Source: Azolla caroliniana
Lineage: Eukaryota; Plantae; Polypodiophyta
Assembly: GCA_043228905.1 (NCBI GenBank)
Contig: JBHGNT010000022.1
Span: 8,804,001-8,868,000, forward strand
Length of the DNA stretch: 64,000 nucleotides
Reading direction: 5' to 3'
How positions within the stretch are numbered: the first letter of the stretch is position 1; every line of letters begins with the position of its first letter. The translations under genes and the position numbers were made by a program. Of the stretch, positions 12,726 to 25,547 are shown one piece after another. Under the pieces are notes generated by a model. The model had not been told where the DNA came from. It ran no database searches and saw nothing but the letters and a program-made list of their open reading frames with translations.

Positions 12726-13028
12726 GGAGTCATTCAATACGTCTCCAACAAATACTCCGACTCCAATGGAAATCGACACCACACGTCGTCACGAACCACG
12801 ATCGGAAGAAGAAAAGTGGCAACGCAGGGAAAATTGATTATGTCTTTATTGCGGTGGACCGGGGCATATTGCAATGAACTGCCCCAATCGGCCGAAAAGG
12901 CAGGTAAATCAAATAACCGCTAGTACTAATAGTACTAAACCCGAGTTTATTCCTCTAGGTGTGTTTGATAGTCTTAATAGCCCAAGCCTTTCAAACAAAT
13001 TTGAAATCCTTAGTCAACTAGAAGAAGA

Positions 13029-13106
13029 GTTAAACGATTAAGTCCAACCAAAATAGGAGCCATTTGGTTGGACAACCCTAGATCTGTGTAGCCCATTAGT
13101 GGTTCC
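13029..13106 (+). promoter_or_regulatory. Putative -1 ribosomal frameshift signal between gag and pol
   Basis: G TTA AAC slippery site in the gag frame, 6-nt spacer, 11-bp stem 13042-13052/13063-13073; the -1 frame equals the pol frame (13131). Confidence 0.65.
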
Positions 13107-15301
13107 ATTTCCTCTAAGCAAGTTAGCAATGTGTTCTTAGCTCAAGTAATGGTTAGTACTAAAAGTAATCCTCCAATACATGTCTTAACACTCTTAGATT
13201 CCGAAGCCAACTCTTGCTTCATGGATAGGAATTTTGCCCAAGCTCATCAGATATCCCTAAAGAAACTCCCATGTCCAGCCTTTGTAGTAGTCATTGATGG
13301 TCGTCCCATTGCTTCTGAGAATATAGAAGAGTCAGAGCCTGTTAATATTGTCCTAGATAACTTAGCGTGTGTAGTATCATTTAATATAATTAGTATCCTA
13401 GAACATCCCATCGTTTTGGGATTACCATGGTTCAAATTACATAACCCAGCCATAGATTGGAGAACAAGAGAAATACGGTGTCGACAAACCCGAGGATCTA
13501 CTCATAAGATTGCAACCATTTCGCTACATCAGTTGCGTGAGGAAGGACACAAGGAAGAAATGTTTCTCTTCGCAATATCAATAAACCCCTCCAGTATCAA
13601 TAAAGAGGAGTCCACCGTTCAACTTCTAGAGAAGTATTGTCATTATGCCGATGTGTTCGATTAAGTACGAGCTAATACGCTTCCTCACCATCGACTGTAT
13701 GATTGCCCCATCGATTTACAACCGAGAAAAGAGCCACCATGGGGACTGATCTACAATTTGTCACCAACCGAGCTAGAAGTCCTTTGAGCCTATATAGAGG
13801 AGAATTTGGCAAATGGTTTCATTCGACATTTGAAATCTCCAGCCGGTGCACCCATTTTCTTTGTCAAGAAAAAGGATGGATCACTTCGTCTCGTCGAAGA
13901 TTACCGTGGGTTGAATAAAGTCACCATCAAGAATAGGTATGCACTTCCCCTTATCTCAAGTCTTTTAGAACGGATCAATGGTTCAAGGTTCTTCACAAAG
14001 ATCGACTTACAAGGAGCGCATAACCTCGTACGGATCCGACCAGGAAATGAATGGAAGACAACGTTTCACACTAGATATGGGCACTTCGAGTATACAGTCA
14101 TGCCATTCGGCCTCACTAATGCGCCAACAGTCTTCCAGCACATGGCAAATGATATATTCCGAGATCTCTTGGATGATCTACTAGTTTATTCGAAGACCCA
14201 AGAAGAGCATGATTCTAATGTACTGTTAGTACTAAAACAACTTCAAGAACATGGTCTTTATGCAAAACTGGAACAATGTAGTTTCGGGTGCAACCAAGTA
14301 GAAATTTTGGCTTATGTCATTTCCTCGGAAGGCATCTCCATGGATCCAACTAAGCTCAAAACGGTGGTAGAGTGGCGCACTCCGCGGTCATTGCGAGATG
14401 TACAATGTTTTTTAGGCTTTGCCAATTTTTACCGCAAGTTCATACAGGATTACTCAAAGCTTGTTTTGCCTCTCACACAACTTACCAGGAAGGGAAAATC
14501 GTTCGTTTGGTTTGAAGAAGTAGACATTGGAGATCGGGTGTGGCTACTACGATGACACATCAAGGCTACTCGCCCATGCGAGAAGTTGGATTACCAGCGA
14601 TCAGGTCCTTTCCGTATTATCGGAAAAATTAATGATGTCGCTTTTCGTCTCGATCTACCTCCACAACTTCGGATACATCTGGTGTTTCATAGTTCTCTCC
14701 TCGAACCCTATCAAGACAGCACCATCCCAGGTCGTATTAAACAACCTCCACCCCCGATCGAGCTTGAAGATGGACCTGAGTACGAGGTTGCCGCCATCCT
14801 CGATTCCAAGATTGCTCGCAACAAGCTCTACTATTTAGTCGATTGGCTAGGATATATTCCCAACGAGCGTACTTGGGAACCAATAGAGAATGTGACCAAT
14901 GCTCGTGCTCTTCTTAAAGACTTCCATCGTCAATATCCAGACAAACCGGATCCTCAATCCAAAATAACTCATGACACTCGTCGTTTTAAAGGGGGGATAG
15001 TGTCATGATATGGCAAGACTCGATCCCATGACCTTATGTTACATGGGTCGAGCTCTTGACCATTAGACTATATGTTGTAATACGAAAGATATTATTTTCA
15101 TTTAAGTTTTACTATAGAAAATTGATGTATATTCTAGATTTCTCTGGAACATTCTAGAAACATCAAGAGTACTCCTGAGAACACTATAAAAGGAGGCACA
15201 AGGCATTATTTCGAACCAAATCAGTTCAACGCTAGTCTTAAGCCTCCTAGCTACTATTGTATATTCCCTTAACATAATATATATATTTTGTTATCCTCAT
15301 T

Positions 15302-15341
<40 letters not shown>

Positions 15342-15767
15342 TTCCTTCCCGCGAGAGCTCTACACCTCCCTTAGTACTAATCTTCATCTTTTAGTACTAA
15401 TTCCTTCTTTGTTTTAGTACTGTTCCTAACAATACTTCTCTGTCTTAGTACTACTCCTAACAGATGGCATAAAACTCCAAACGTTTAAGCTCCACTTGGT
15501 GTGTATTACCTTTTATACTATCCAACAACCCTTTGAAATTATGCACAATCTCTATCCAAATTACTGAAATTATTTGGGCAGGTCTTTCAGTCACATTTTG
15601 AAATACCTTCAAACATCGAGCCTTCTAAATATACGAAATTGTAATACTACTTACCAATTGCATTATTTGAGGTTTATCGGTTTGTATTTGTGCAGTATTA
15701 TGGGCGGTGGTACATGATAAGCCTATAGTATATGAACAAAATTATGAAAACGTATGGGCATTTCCGG

Positions 15768-16309
15768 TGTCGTGAAGATTTTCGTCCATAGGCGGAAACC
15801 GGGGTGGAAGGGGCAAGTCGGTGGTGTGCAACATGTGCACATGTATACTAGGTTATGGTGTATAGAAAGAGAGGGGACATTTTTGTCCCACATTGTAAGG
15901 TCCCTCCCTCCTTGGGCTATAAAAGGAGGGGAGGGGTCACTTATGAGGGGGTTACCTATTTTGTGTGAGTAAGGTATACCACTTAGTCTAGGGTTCTCCC
16001 TCTTCCCATTTCGTTTTAGGGTTAGGGTTTTGATTAGGGTTTTCTTCTTGGGTTTCCCTTTAGGGTTTTCGGATAGTCATTTTGGTGCGGCCATGGCGGC
16101 CACCACTGTTGTAACCATTCGTTGTTTTAACATAACTTGTTGAACATCTTGCCTCCGCCGATCTCTCCTTCGATGTCGTGGTCTTATTCTTTCCTCTTCT
16201 CCTCTTGAGCTAAGCCTCCATATCATGTCCTATTCTTTCTCCTCCACTCCCTAGTCCAAGACCCCCGCGGTCCCGCCCCTTCTACACGCACGCGCGTAAC
16301 AACGTGACA
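15768..16309 (+). mobile_element. Solo LTR, TGTCG-type
   Basis: TGTCGTG...GTGACA; 4-bp TSD CCGG on both sides; TATAAAA ~15918; telo-box cluster 16014-16068. Confidence 0.85.
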
Positions 16310-16977
16310 CCGGGAAATAAAGGAAATGTCGGGGATGTCATGTCAAAGTTTTTCTACAACTTTTTCCAAATCTAAAGAGCCATATCTTGAAATCATAGGT
16401 TTCTCGTGCTTGTTCCAAATCAAACTAGCTCTAGAGTTGCATTTAACTTTTGTGGATTAGTAGCATAATAATCAATATGATAACATTATATTGATAACAT
16501 TTGCATAAACAAAAAAACTTGATAAGTAACTGACGTGTTATCTAGCTAGCTAGGCTTTGATTACATTATTTTGGTAGATTATTTGCATGATTACAATTAA
16601 TGTGTAATGGAGTCATTGGACATGTTGGCCACTATTTTAGTTCACATTAGAGATTTTTGTCGAGATGCAATAATAGGAATTGTCCTTGTATACATCACAT
16701 GCCACTTTGGCATGAGGTTCTATGGCTTATTTTGGTTGATTACTCCATGCCTCTCGTATTGGAGAAACATGAGTTCAGATTTTCAGGTATTTCCTTTGCA
16801 ACTAATTGGCTCCTAGCTACCCACAAGCACTATAATACATTACTAAAAAAAGAATGTGTTTCTCTTTCATCTCTATTTCTTTCCTTGTTTGTGCATGGGT
16901 ATATCCACGTGTTTGGGTTGCTATTCTATTTTGATCTAGTTGTTGCAACTCATAATTATGCTTAATCAGATTAAAAG

Positions 16978-17228
16978 TGTTGAGAGTCAAACCCAACGTC
17001 TCTAATGGAATGGTTTTCACACTAGCAATGGAAACTCTAGGTTCAAGCTTGTTTTGTAAATAGTAGAAAGGGCGGTTGCCCTAAGTTAGTTGGTATTTAA
17101 ACCAACTCTTTTGTAACCAAGTCATTGTTGGATGTATTTTTAGTTGTAACCATCTTTTCTTGCTAATATAACTTCTTGTTCTCTATCTACTCTAAGTTCA
17201 CTTACTCCTACTCTCCCTCCCTCTCTTT
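16978..17228 (+). mobile_element. Copia LTR (same family as 41918), interrupted by a LINE
   Basis: About 210 bp at roughly 90% identity to 41918-42130; begins TGTTGAGAG. Confidence 0.75.
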
Positions 17229-19255
17229 GTTTTTTTTTTGGTGAAAACACACAATTATATTAATAAATGTGTGTAAAAAACACTACTTACAATGGGCGTG
17301 ACAATGGAGTATGGTCACCCACTAACTACACTACATGGGTAGTGGAACATGTTGAATTGCCAATGTTGAATTCCATTGAGGAAAGAATTTCCACTTGCTC
17401 CAATAAAGAAAATTGCCACATTAGTACTCCCTTCAACTTTCACAGATATGCTTTCACACCATGTCTACCATCGAATACAAAAGCATTGCGCATGTTCCAA
17501 TTATGATGCAATCCTCAATATCTCAAAAATAGAAAAACAATCTCCATCTTTGATTTTGGGTCAACTTGTGTAAGTTGTGCAAACACCCAATGTCTAGGTG
17601 TCAAATAACACCGTGATAAAACTTGCCAAATTTGGGAAATGTAACTCCAAATCTGACAAGCAATCAGACATTGTATAAATCGATGAGTACTATCTTCCAT
17701 TTGAATAGTGCAAAAAAAGAAATTACTCGTTACTAGTCCACGACGCTTTAGAGAGCCTAATCCCAAAGCCAATCTTCCAATCAAAAGTCTCCAAATGAAG
17801 ACCTTTGTTACAAGTGGCAATTTAGAATGCCAACTACGTTGTAAGATCTACCACCACCCATGATCAGATTTGTGTATTTTCCATTCTTCTTCAGCCTTAG
17901 ATGATAGCCATCCAAGTGACTCAACAAAGCAATGATACAAAAGATTAGTAGTCACTTGTAACAACCACGTTTGACCCCGTAAACACCAATCAATCCACGG
18001 TTGTTCTCCTGTTTGTCGAGGTAAGGGACCTTGCATCAATGTAATATTTTGTAGTTTTTGCCAAATAAACCCATAATTAGGCGGGATGCGTAATAATTGT
18101 CGCGCTTCAACAAACTCCAAAATTCTTTGAGATGGAGCCTCAGCTATATCTCCCACCTCTTTGACCCCCAAACGAAACAAACGATTAAATTGAGAGCACA
18201 ATCTCTCCTTTCATAGCTAACATAATAACCGAGAAGACACAAGTAACTCTTTTTGCAAAGAATTACAATGCTCTCTACTAGATGATGGTTTCCATACACA
18301 TAACAACAGTGCTTCTTGCCATGAAGCAACCAAGCGTTGAACACATGAAGAGCCCGGAATCCTAAGTGAAGTACATCCATTCAGTAATTGCCACCATGAA
18401 GCCTTAATCGTTTTCCTCCCATGTGTTAAACTCTTGTTCTCAATAAAATATTGAACAATAGATATCCATGGTTGTGATTTTGAACACATGTCTTGTAATA
18501 ATGAAAATCTACGAGCCATCATATACATAGATAAGTTCAATATTCCAACTCCCCCCAAGCGCTTAGGGGTTGCTAGATGATTCCATACAACCCAAGTGAT
18601 TCCCATCTTATCCCTCATCTTCCACGAAAAATATCGAAGAGGTCGCAAAATAGAATGCAAAGCCTTATTTGTCCATGGCAACAATGGCAAGTAATATAAT
18701 ATCATGGGTTCCACAATACATTGTACAACCTTCAAGCGTACATAAAATGACCAAGATTGTGACTTCCAATACATGAACCTACCCCTCACCTTACTAGACA
18801 TCCATTCAATCAATTGACCATTTGTAACATTAATTGCTAATGGATAGTCCAAGTGTCGAAAAATAGAGCCTTTCTTCACCACGGATCATTGCTATCCTAA
18901 ACATTCCAAATCCTTTTCAATACATGATATGAGACTAGACTTCCTCCAATTAATATGTAATCCGGAAACCAATGCAAATTGGTTCCATACAAGCATCCCC
19001 TTCTCAAGGTTCTCTCGTGAGGCTTGTAGAAACATGAAAGAATCATCAGCCAAAGCTTGTGCTACTAATTGCCCTCCAGACGGAAGGTGTAGACCCATAA
19101 TGTCATCATTTGTTGCAAGCCTTGATAGCATCACTAACAAGGGATGGGTAACAATAACAAACAACAATAGGCTAAGAGGGCATCCTTGACGAACGGATCT
19201 TGTGAGGGCAATATTTGATGTAACCCCCCCATTAAGCATTACTCGAGACACCACT
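17229..19255 (-). mobile_element. 5'-truncated L1-type LINE (ORF2 RT C-terminus plus zf-RVT), degenerate
   Basis: SVRQGCPLS, LADD, PKRLGGVGI, KVFIWRLL...FCTIQMEDSTHRFIQC; T-run at 17230-17239 is the poly(A) tail on the minus strand. Confidence 0.85.
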
Positions 19256-22200
19256 ATAAAAAGCAAAATGATGAAAAAAGAGGGAAGAGACAGCAAAATA
19301 ATTATGCCTCAACTAGTGAAGATTGTGATAAAGATGGTGCATTTGTGGTGCAACATGAAACAACAACAATGGCTGAATGTTCACAGAGATGCAATGAAGA
19401 GTTTATGTGGTATGTAGATTCTGGGGCATCTAATCATATGATAGGACCTGCAAACTGGTTTGAAAGTCTAAGAGAACCAGAGATTCTTGGTTACATACAG
19501 ACAGTTAAGTTTAAGCAAAGTGGATTCTTCATAGAGAAACAGGGAAAGATTATTGCAAAAGGAAAACGTCAAGGAAGGATTTTTGTGTTAGATGTGGATA
19601 TGCCTAAAAAGATTACAGCCATGTTTGCAAAAGGAATGAGTGTAATCTCAGAAGTGGAAATGTGGCATAAAAGAATCGGTCACATAAGTATGCAAAACTT
19701 GAAAAATATGTTGAGGAAAAATGTTGTGGCTGGACTACCTAAGTTAAAAGACTGTGAGATGAGAAAAATATGTGAAGCATGCCAATATGGAAAGCAAAAC
19801 AGGTTACCTTTCCCTCATGAAAGACATGTAAGCAAATATTTGTTAGATTTGGTACATACAGATGTATGGGGACCAACAAAAAATGCATCAATTAGTGGAT
19901 GTAAGTTTTATGTAACATTTATTGATGTTTGCTCAAGGAAAACATAGGTTTATTTCATGAAAGAGAAAAGTGAAGTATTTGATTGCTTTCGTAAGTTTAA
20001 ATGCATGGTAGAAAAGCATGCTGGAACTAGAATAAAATGCTTAAGATATGATGGAGGAGGAGAGTACTTCTTCAATGAATTTTCTGATTTTCTATGTAAT
20101 CAAGGAATAAGGAGATAGTTTACATGTAGATATACTCCACAACAAAATGGAGTTGCTGAGAGAAAAAACAGAACTCTGGTGAACATAGCAAAAGCCATGA
20201 TGACTGAAAAAAATATGTCATTGTACTACTGAGCAGAAGCTGTAAACACAACAAACTTTATTCTAAATAGATGTATAACATCTAGAGTACATGAAGTAAC
20301 TCCTGAAGAATGTTTCTATGGAAGGAAATCTAGTTTAGGACACTTCAAAAGTGTTTGGATGTCTTGCCTATGTTCATGTACCTGCTGAAGTAAGAAGTAA
20401 GCTTGATCCAAAAGCTGAAAATGTGTTTTTGTTGGATATTCAGAGGAGCAAAAAGGGTATAGATGCTATAACCCTTTGACAAAAAAGATTGTGGTAAGTC
20501 GGGATGTTATATTTGATGAGTTGGGTAGTTGGTACAACCCAAAAGGAAATGTAGAAACTGATGAAGACTGTGAAAATGAAGATAGAGAAAAATCTGAAAA
20601 TGGAAGAGATTGCCATAGAGATGGAAACAATGTTGGATAGCAAAGTTCCACATCAATAGAATGTACTGAACCATCTAGAAGCTCAGGTAGTAAATCTGAA
20701 TCTAATGCATGGGTGGAAAAAATGCAAGACACAAAAAATATGATGATAAAAAGGGAAAACAAAAGATGCCAGAATATGAAATGCTTGATGATGGGTCTAG
20801 AACATGGAAGATGTAGCTTCAGATACATCATTGGATGATGAGCTTGGTATACGAGCTCTGAAAATTCCTGTTATGGAAAAGGCAATGAAAGTTGTAAATA
20901 AGAAGTTACTGAGAAGATCAGATAGAGAGAAAAGACCGTTGAAAGATTTCGTTATGATATATATATGGCTATGCATTATGCATACATGTCTAACGTGGTA
21001 CAAATCCCTGATCCAAATAGTTTTGATGAAGCAAAATCTGATAAGAAATGGGTGAATGCAATGCAAGAAGAAATAGATGCATTGGCTGAAAACAGAACAT
21101 GGGATTTGGTAAAGTTACCAAAAGTAAAAAATGTTGTAGGTTGCAAATGGGTCTACAAGACAAAGCATGATTCCAATGGAAATGTTAGTAGACATAAAGC
21201 AATACTTGTAGCAAAGGGATATGCCCAGATGCATGGAATTGATTATGATGAAACATTTGCACCGGTTGCAAAAATGGCAACCTTGAGAACACTACTTGCT
21301 GTGAGTGCAACCAAAAGATGGGTTCTGCATCATATGGATGTAAAAATGCTTTTTTACATGGTAACTTAGAAGAAGAAGAAGTGTATATGTGTCAATCACT
21401 AGGTTTTGAAGATAAGAAGCATCCAGAATATGTATGTAGGCTAAAAAAGGCTCTCTATGGATTGAAACAAGCACCAAGGGCATGACATAAAGAACTTTTA
21501 GAATCTCTGAAAAAATTTGCTTTCAAAATGTCAAAGGCTGATCCATCATTGTATGTAAAAAGGATAAATGATTGCATTGTTGTTATTTTGATTTATGTTG
21601 ATGATTTAATCATTGGAGGTGATTCCATGGATGAAATAAGCAAGTTGGAAAAAAAATCTTGAAATGCAATTTCATATGAAGGATTTGGGAGAGTTGAGAT
21701 ACTTTCTTGGTATTGAGATGATTAGATCTAAAAGTGGTATATATATGTTGCAAAAATAGTATGCAACAACTATGCTGAAGAAGTATGGTATGCTTGGATG
21801 CAAACCTATCGGTGTACCACTAGATAAGAACTGCAAATTGAGGGTTGATATGGGAGCCAAAATAGAAGATGTAAACATGTACAGGTCTATGGTGGGAAAC
21901 CTCATATATTTGACCATAACAAGACCTGATTTGAGTTATGTTGTTGGATTAGTCAGCTAGTTTATGCAACAACCAACAAAGCCACACTTGGACTGCATTA
22001 GAAGAATCTTGAGGTATGTAAAAGCTACTCAGAACTATGGACTGTTTTACAGAGCTGATCTAGACATAAAACTGGAAGGATATACAGATGTTGATTGGGC
22101 TGGAAGCCAAAATGATAGAAGATCCACAAGTGGATATATGTTTACATTGGGAAGTGCAATTATCTCATGGAGTAGCAAGAAACAAGCGACTGTTGCACTA

Positions 22201-22948
22201 TCAAGTACTAAGCTGAATATAGAGGAGTTGCAATAGCTACCTATGAAGAGGTATGGATCAGAAGACTACTTGTTGATTTGGGAGAATATATAGATGGTGT
22301 TGTCACAATTTGGTGTTGCAATATGAGCAACATTCAACTGGCAAAAAACCTAGTGTTCCATGCAAGAACACAACACATTGAAGTGCATTATCACTTTGTT
22401 AGAGAAAAAGTGATTGATGGAGAAGTAGATCTGTTGTATGTAAGTACAAATCAGCAAGTGGTTGATATTCTTACGAAGGGATTGAGCATGGAAAAACATA
22501 CAGAGTTTACAGACATGATGTGAGTTATAACTATAACCATTGTCATGGTAGCTGAAAAGCATGAAAAAGAAGAAGATTGTAGATGATCCCAAGAAAGGAT
22601 AAGTTGAGCTTGAGGGGGAGTGTTGAGAGGCAAGCTCAACAAATATATGTGATGCTTATTGAGAAATAAGCTATAGTAGCTATTAGCTAATTAGCTACTA
22701 GTGGACATAAAGGTGAAACAACTATTTAGTTATGCACAACTATTTAGCTACTGACAACTATTTAGCTATAGACAGCTAATTAGCTGCATATGTAAGTGAC
22801 TTAAATACTTAGGTAAAAAGTAAGAGAAGTAAGTAGTAGTAGTAAGAGAGTGGTTGTAAGAAAACAAAAAACAAAAAACTGACGAGAGTGAGTTGAGCTC
22901 TGCGTGTAATGGAATAGAAGAAGTTTTTTGGTTTGCCAAATAGAGGCA
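19256..22948 (+). mobile_element. 5'-truncated Ty1/copia (PR-INT-RT-RH) with 3' LTR from 22621
   Basis: WYVDSGASNHM, WHKRIGH, LVHTDVWGP, KWVYKTK, YVDD, SWSSKKQ; PPT TTGAGGGGGAG followed by TGTTGAGAG at 22621; right end of LTR approximate. Confidence 0.88.
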
Positions 22949-23049
22949 AGTCTCCTTCCCCTTCCTTTTCTATCTTGAGCACCTAACGATCCAGCACATC
23001 ACAATCCGTTGTGCACTCAGAAGAGCCATAATGCCTTCGTAATATGCTA

Positions 23050-23181
23050 GACTACATAATACTAAACTATTATATATAGATGTATGCTCATATCAAAATG
23101 GTTGAGCATGGCATCTTGTTGATATGAGGTTGTAGGTTCAATTCTCACCAACTATGTATTTGATGTCACTGTATCGTGACA
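23050..23181 (-). mobile_element. Truncated LTR 5' end (TGTCACGATA...) carrying a tRNA-like module
   Basis: Ends ...GTATCGTGACA, similar to the TGTCATGATA start of the 10906/15001 LTRs; B-box-like GGTTCAATTC ~23136. Confidence 0.5.
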
Positions 23182-24409
23182 ATAGTTGATTCATTAAACA
23201 CTATGTTCGAAATTTAGACGATCTCTCTGTGCTCGGGGTCCCAAAGTCGGTATTTGATCTCGTCGTCTGGTCCATAGCCATGGAAAATACATTTCTTGGA
23301 TCTCGGTTCTAATTTCCTGTTGGTCCATAATTCCTGAGGTACTTGAAGTTCTAGAGGCCTACTCGACGACATGTTAATTATATGTAGGGCCTCTGTCCAA
23401 AAGCCATCCGACAGTCCGTAGTGTTGGAGCATGGATACTATCCGTTCTTGAATTGTCCGATTCATGCGCTCGGCAATTCCGTTTTGTTCCGCACTGTGTG
23501 GTGTCGTGTATTCACATCTGATGCCACGTTGTTGGCAAAATTTGACAAATTCTTCTTACTTGAACTCTCTCTCGTTGTCAGTTTGAAGGCATTTCAGCTT
23601 TCGACCGAATTGGTTCTCTACCATGGCAAGCCATTCCTGGAAGATCAAGAACACTCGATCTTTGGTTCTTATTGGGTAAGCCCACATTTTCCTAGTCGAG
23701 TCGTCAATGAAACTGACGAAGTAGGAGGCGCCACCAAGGGACTGATGTGGCATCGGGCCAGAGATGCCCGAATGGACTAAATCAAGTGGACTTGATTCTC
23801 TTGGTGATGTCGTTGGGTGTGAGGTTGCAGCATGCTTGCCATACTTACAATGCTCGCAGAACTGGTCTCCTTCCCCTTCCCCTTTCTGTCTTGACACTCT
23901 AAACGATCCAACACATCACGATCCGCTGTGCACACAGAAGAGTCGTAGCGCCTTCGTAACATGGCTGAATATTGCCGAAATTGGGATTTATGAGGGGTGG
24001 GGTGGCATGGTAGGACACACTTGAATCCAAGAGCCATGTGCTCGATTCCTCAATCATAAGCAGAACTTATGATTCGATTGGGTTTTCAATGGATAGTATG
24101 TTCGAGTCGTTCGACAATACTCCGGCTAAAGAGTCAACGTAGTTGACCTCCTCATGCTTCGGCTCAAGGGACGACAATCGAAGATGAAGTGAGAGCAATG
24201 TTGCTCATGAGGAGTCTCCTCCCTTCTTGGGAAACTTTCTACAACTGTGTGTAATGCTTCTATTGTCATTGTGACGTACTCCGAAGTTACGAGCACAATA
24301 CTTACTGAAGCAACTCGGAGGAATTCTTTTGCAAAAGATTCGACAGATGAAACTTATGTAATACAAGGTTTGAGAACGTAAGTGTTTGCGGAAGCGTAAA
24401 ACAGAGAAC

Positions 24410-24453
<44 letters not shown>

Positions 24454-24883
24454 AGAACGCAATTTCAAAATTATATCAAAACTATATATACACACTGTGC
24501 TAAGTAGCACTATTTATACAAGTCCTCTTGGGACTGACAGAAGTACCATGTACTTCAATGCTCACACGAGCATCTGACACTTACTACGAGACTATAGCTA
24601 CCTAGTAGTCTATCCTATACTGGGCTTCCGATTGGACTTCCGGTTACAGATTGCACCCGGCCTCCATTGCTTGCCGGTTCGGTTGCTCACCGTCATACCG
24701 ATCCGTTTCGTCCGATCCGTCTCGCTTACCGGCTCCGGCTTATTCAGCCGATCCGGCTCCGGTTGAGCTTGCCGCTCAACACTCCCCCTCAAGCTCAACC
24801 TGAGGTGGGGTCGTAGGGTCGACCTCTGTGGCAGTCGGTTCTTCCAACCGACTTCTCCTGGCGTCACTCCGCCTTGGTCGCGT

Positions 24884-25547
24884 TGTCGCTAAGATGCGCG
24901 TGCGAGCGTGCTTCGCTTGAGCGGGACCACCGGGGTCTTGGACCAAGGAGGATGTCCGTCAAGGTATTGAGAAGAGGATGATGTGAATGTAAGATTGGAG
25001 GAAGAACTATTACACTTGAGAAGATTGAAGATTGTACACTTTCAGAAGTAGATAAATAATTACAAGATAGATGCGAAGAAGAAGAAATAGAAGCTTATAT
25101 TATTGATGGTGATGATGATGGTCATATCATATTGAGCCCCCCCTTTACACAAGCCGTACTAGGGGTTTTATAGGTTTGTCCATGCACAAAACCATGGGCT
25201 TGGAGCCATGGTTTCTATGCACACAGTTTTGCTTTGTAACATGCAGGAAACCATGGGCTTAAAACCGTGGTTTTGTGTACACGATTTTGTTCGTTTGTTT
25301 CCTACGGAATACTGAATATGAGAAAGAAATATAGAACATTTAAAGCACTTAGTAGTAGCTTTAGTGGTAAGGTAATTGCCTCTTATCTTAGAGGTGCAAG
25401 GTTCAAATCCTACTTGTAACCCTCTACATGCACTCAATGCCATTGTGACCTAGGTTTATTTATTTTCATTTTTACAAGTATTCGTGAAATGTGTGTGGAT
25501 CCTCAATTTTTGACTTTTTCTCGCACTAGACATGCCACATCACGACA
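24884..25547 (-). mobile_element. Solo LTR, TGTCG-type, in the 3' region of the Copia
   Basis: TGTCG...CGACA; 4-bp TSD GCGT/GCGC; TATA on the minus strand ~25165-25171. Confidence 0.8.

Larger units (their letters stand above)
10906..15462 (+). mobile_element. Ty3/gypsy chromovirus (sushi/Tf1/Tcn1-like), defective; LTRs 10906-11351 and 15001-15462
   Basis: Similar TG...CA LTRs; sushi/PEG10-like gag from 11447 (EPKIVLPMKFDG); protease LLDSEANSCF; RT 13806-14520; chromodomain EYEVAAILDS...YLVDWLGY...TWEP; PPT GGGGGGATAG before 15001; RNase H and integrase core deleted at ~14526. Confidence 0.92.

Noticed and set aside
25355-25420. Functional tRNA genes at the tRNA-like modules (also 40650-40718, 63024-63085, 12636-12703)
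   Set aside because: Acceptor and anticodon stems do not pair properly; only the A/B boxes and spacing remain.
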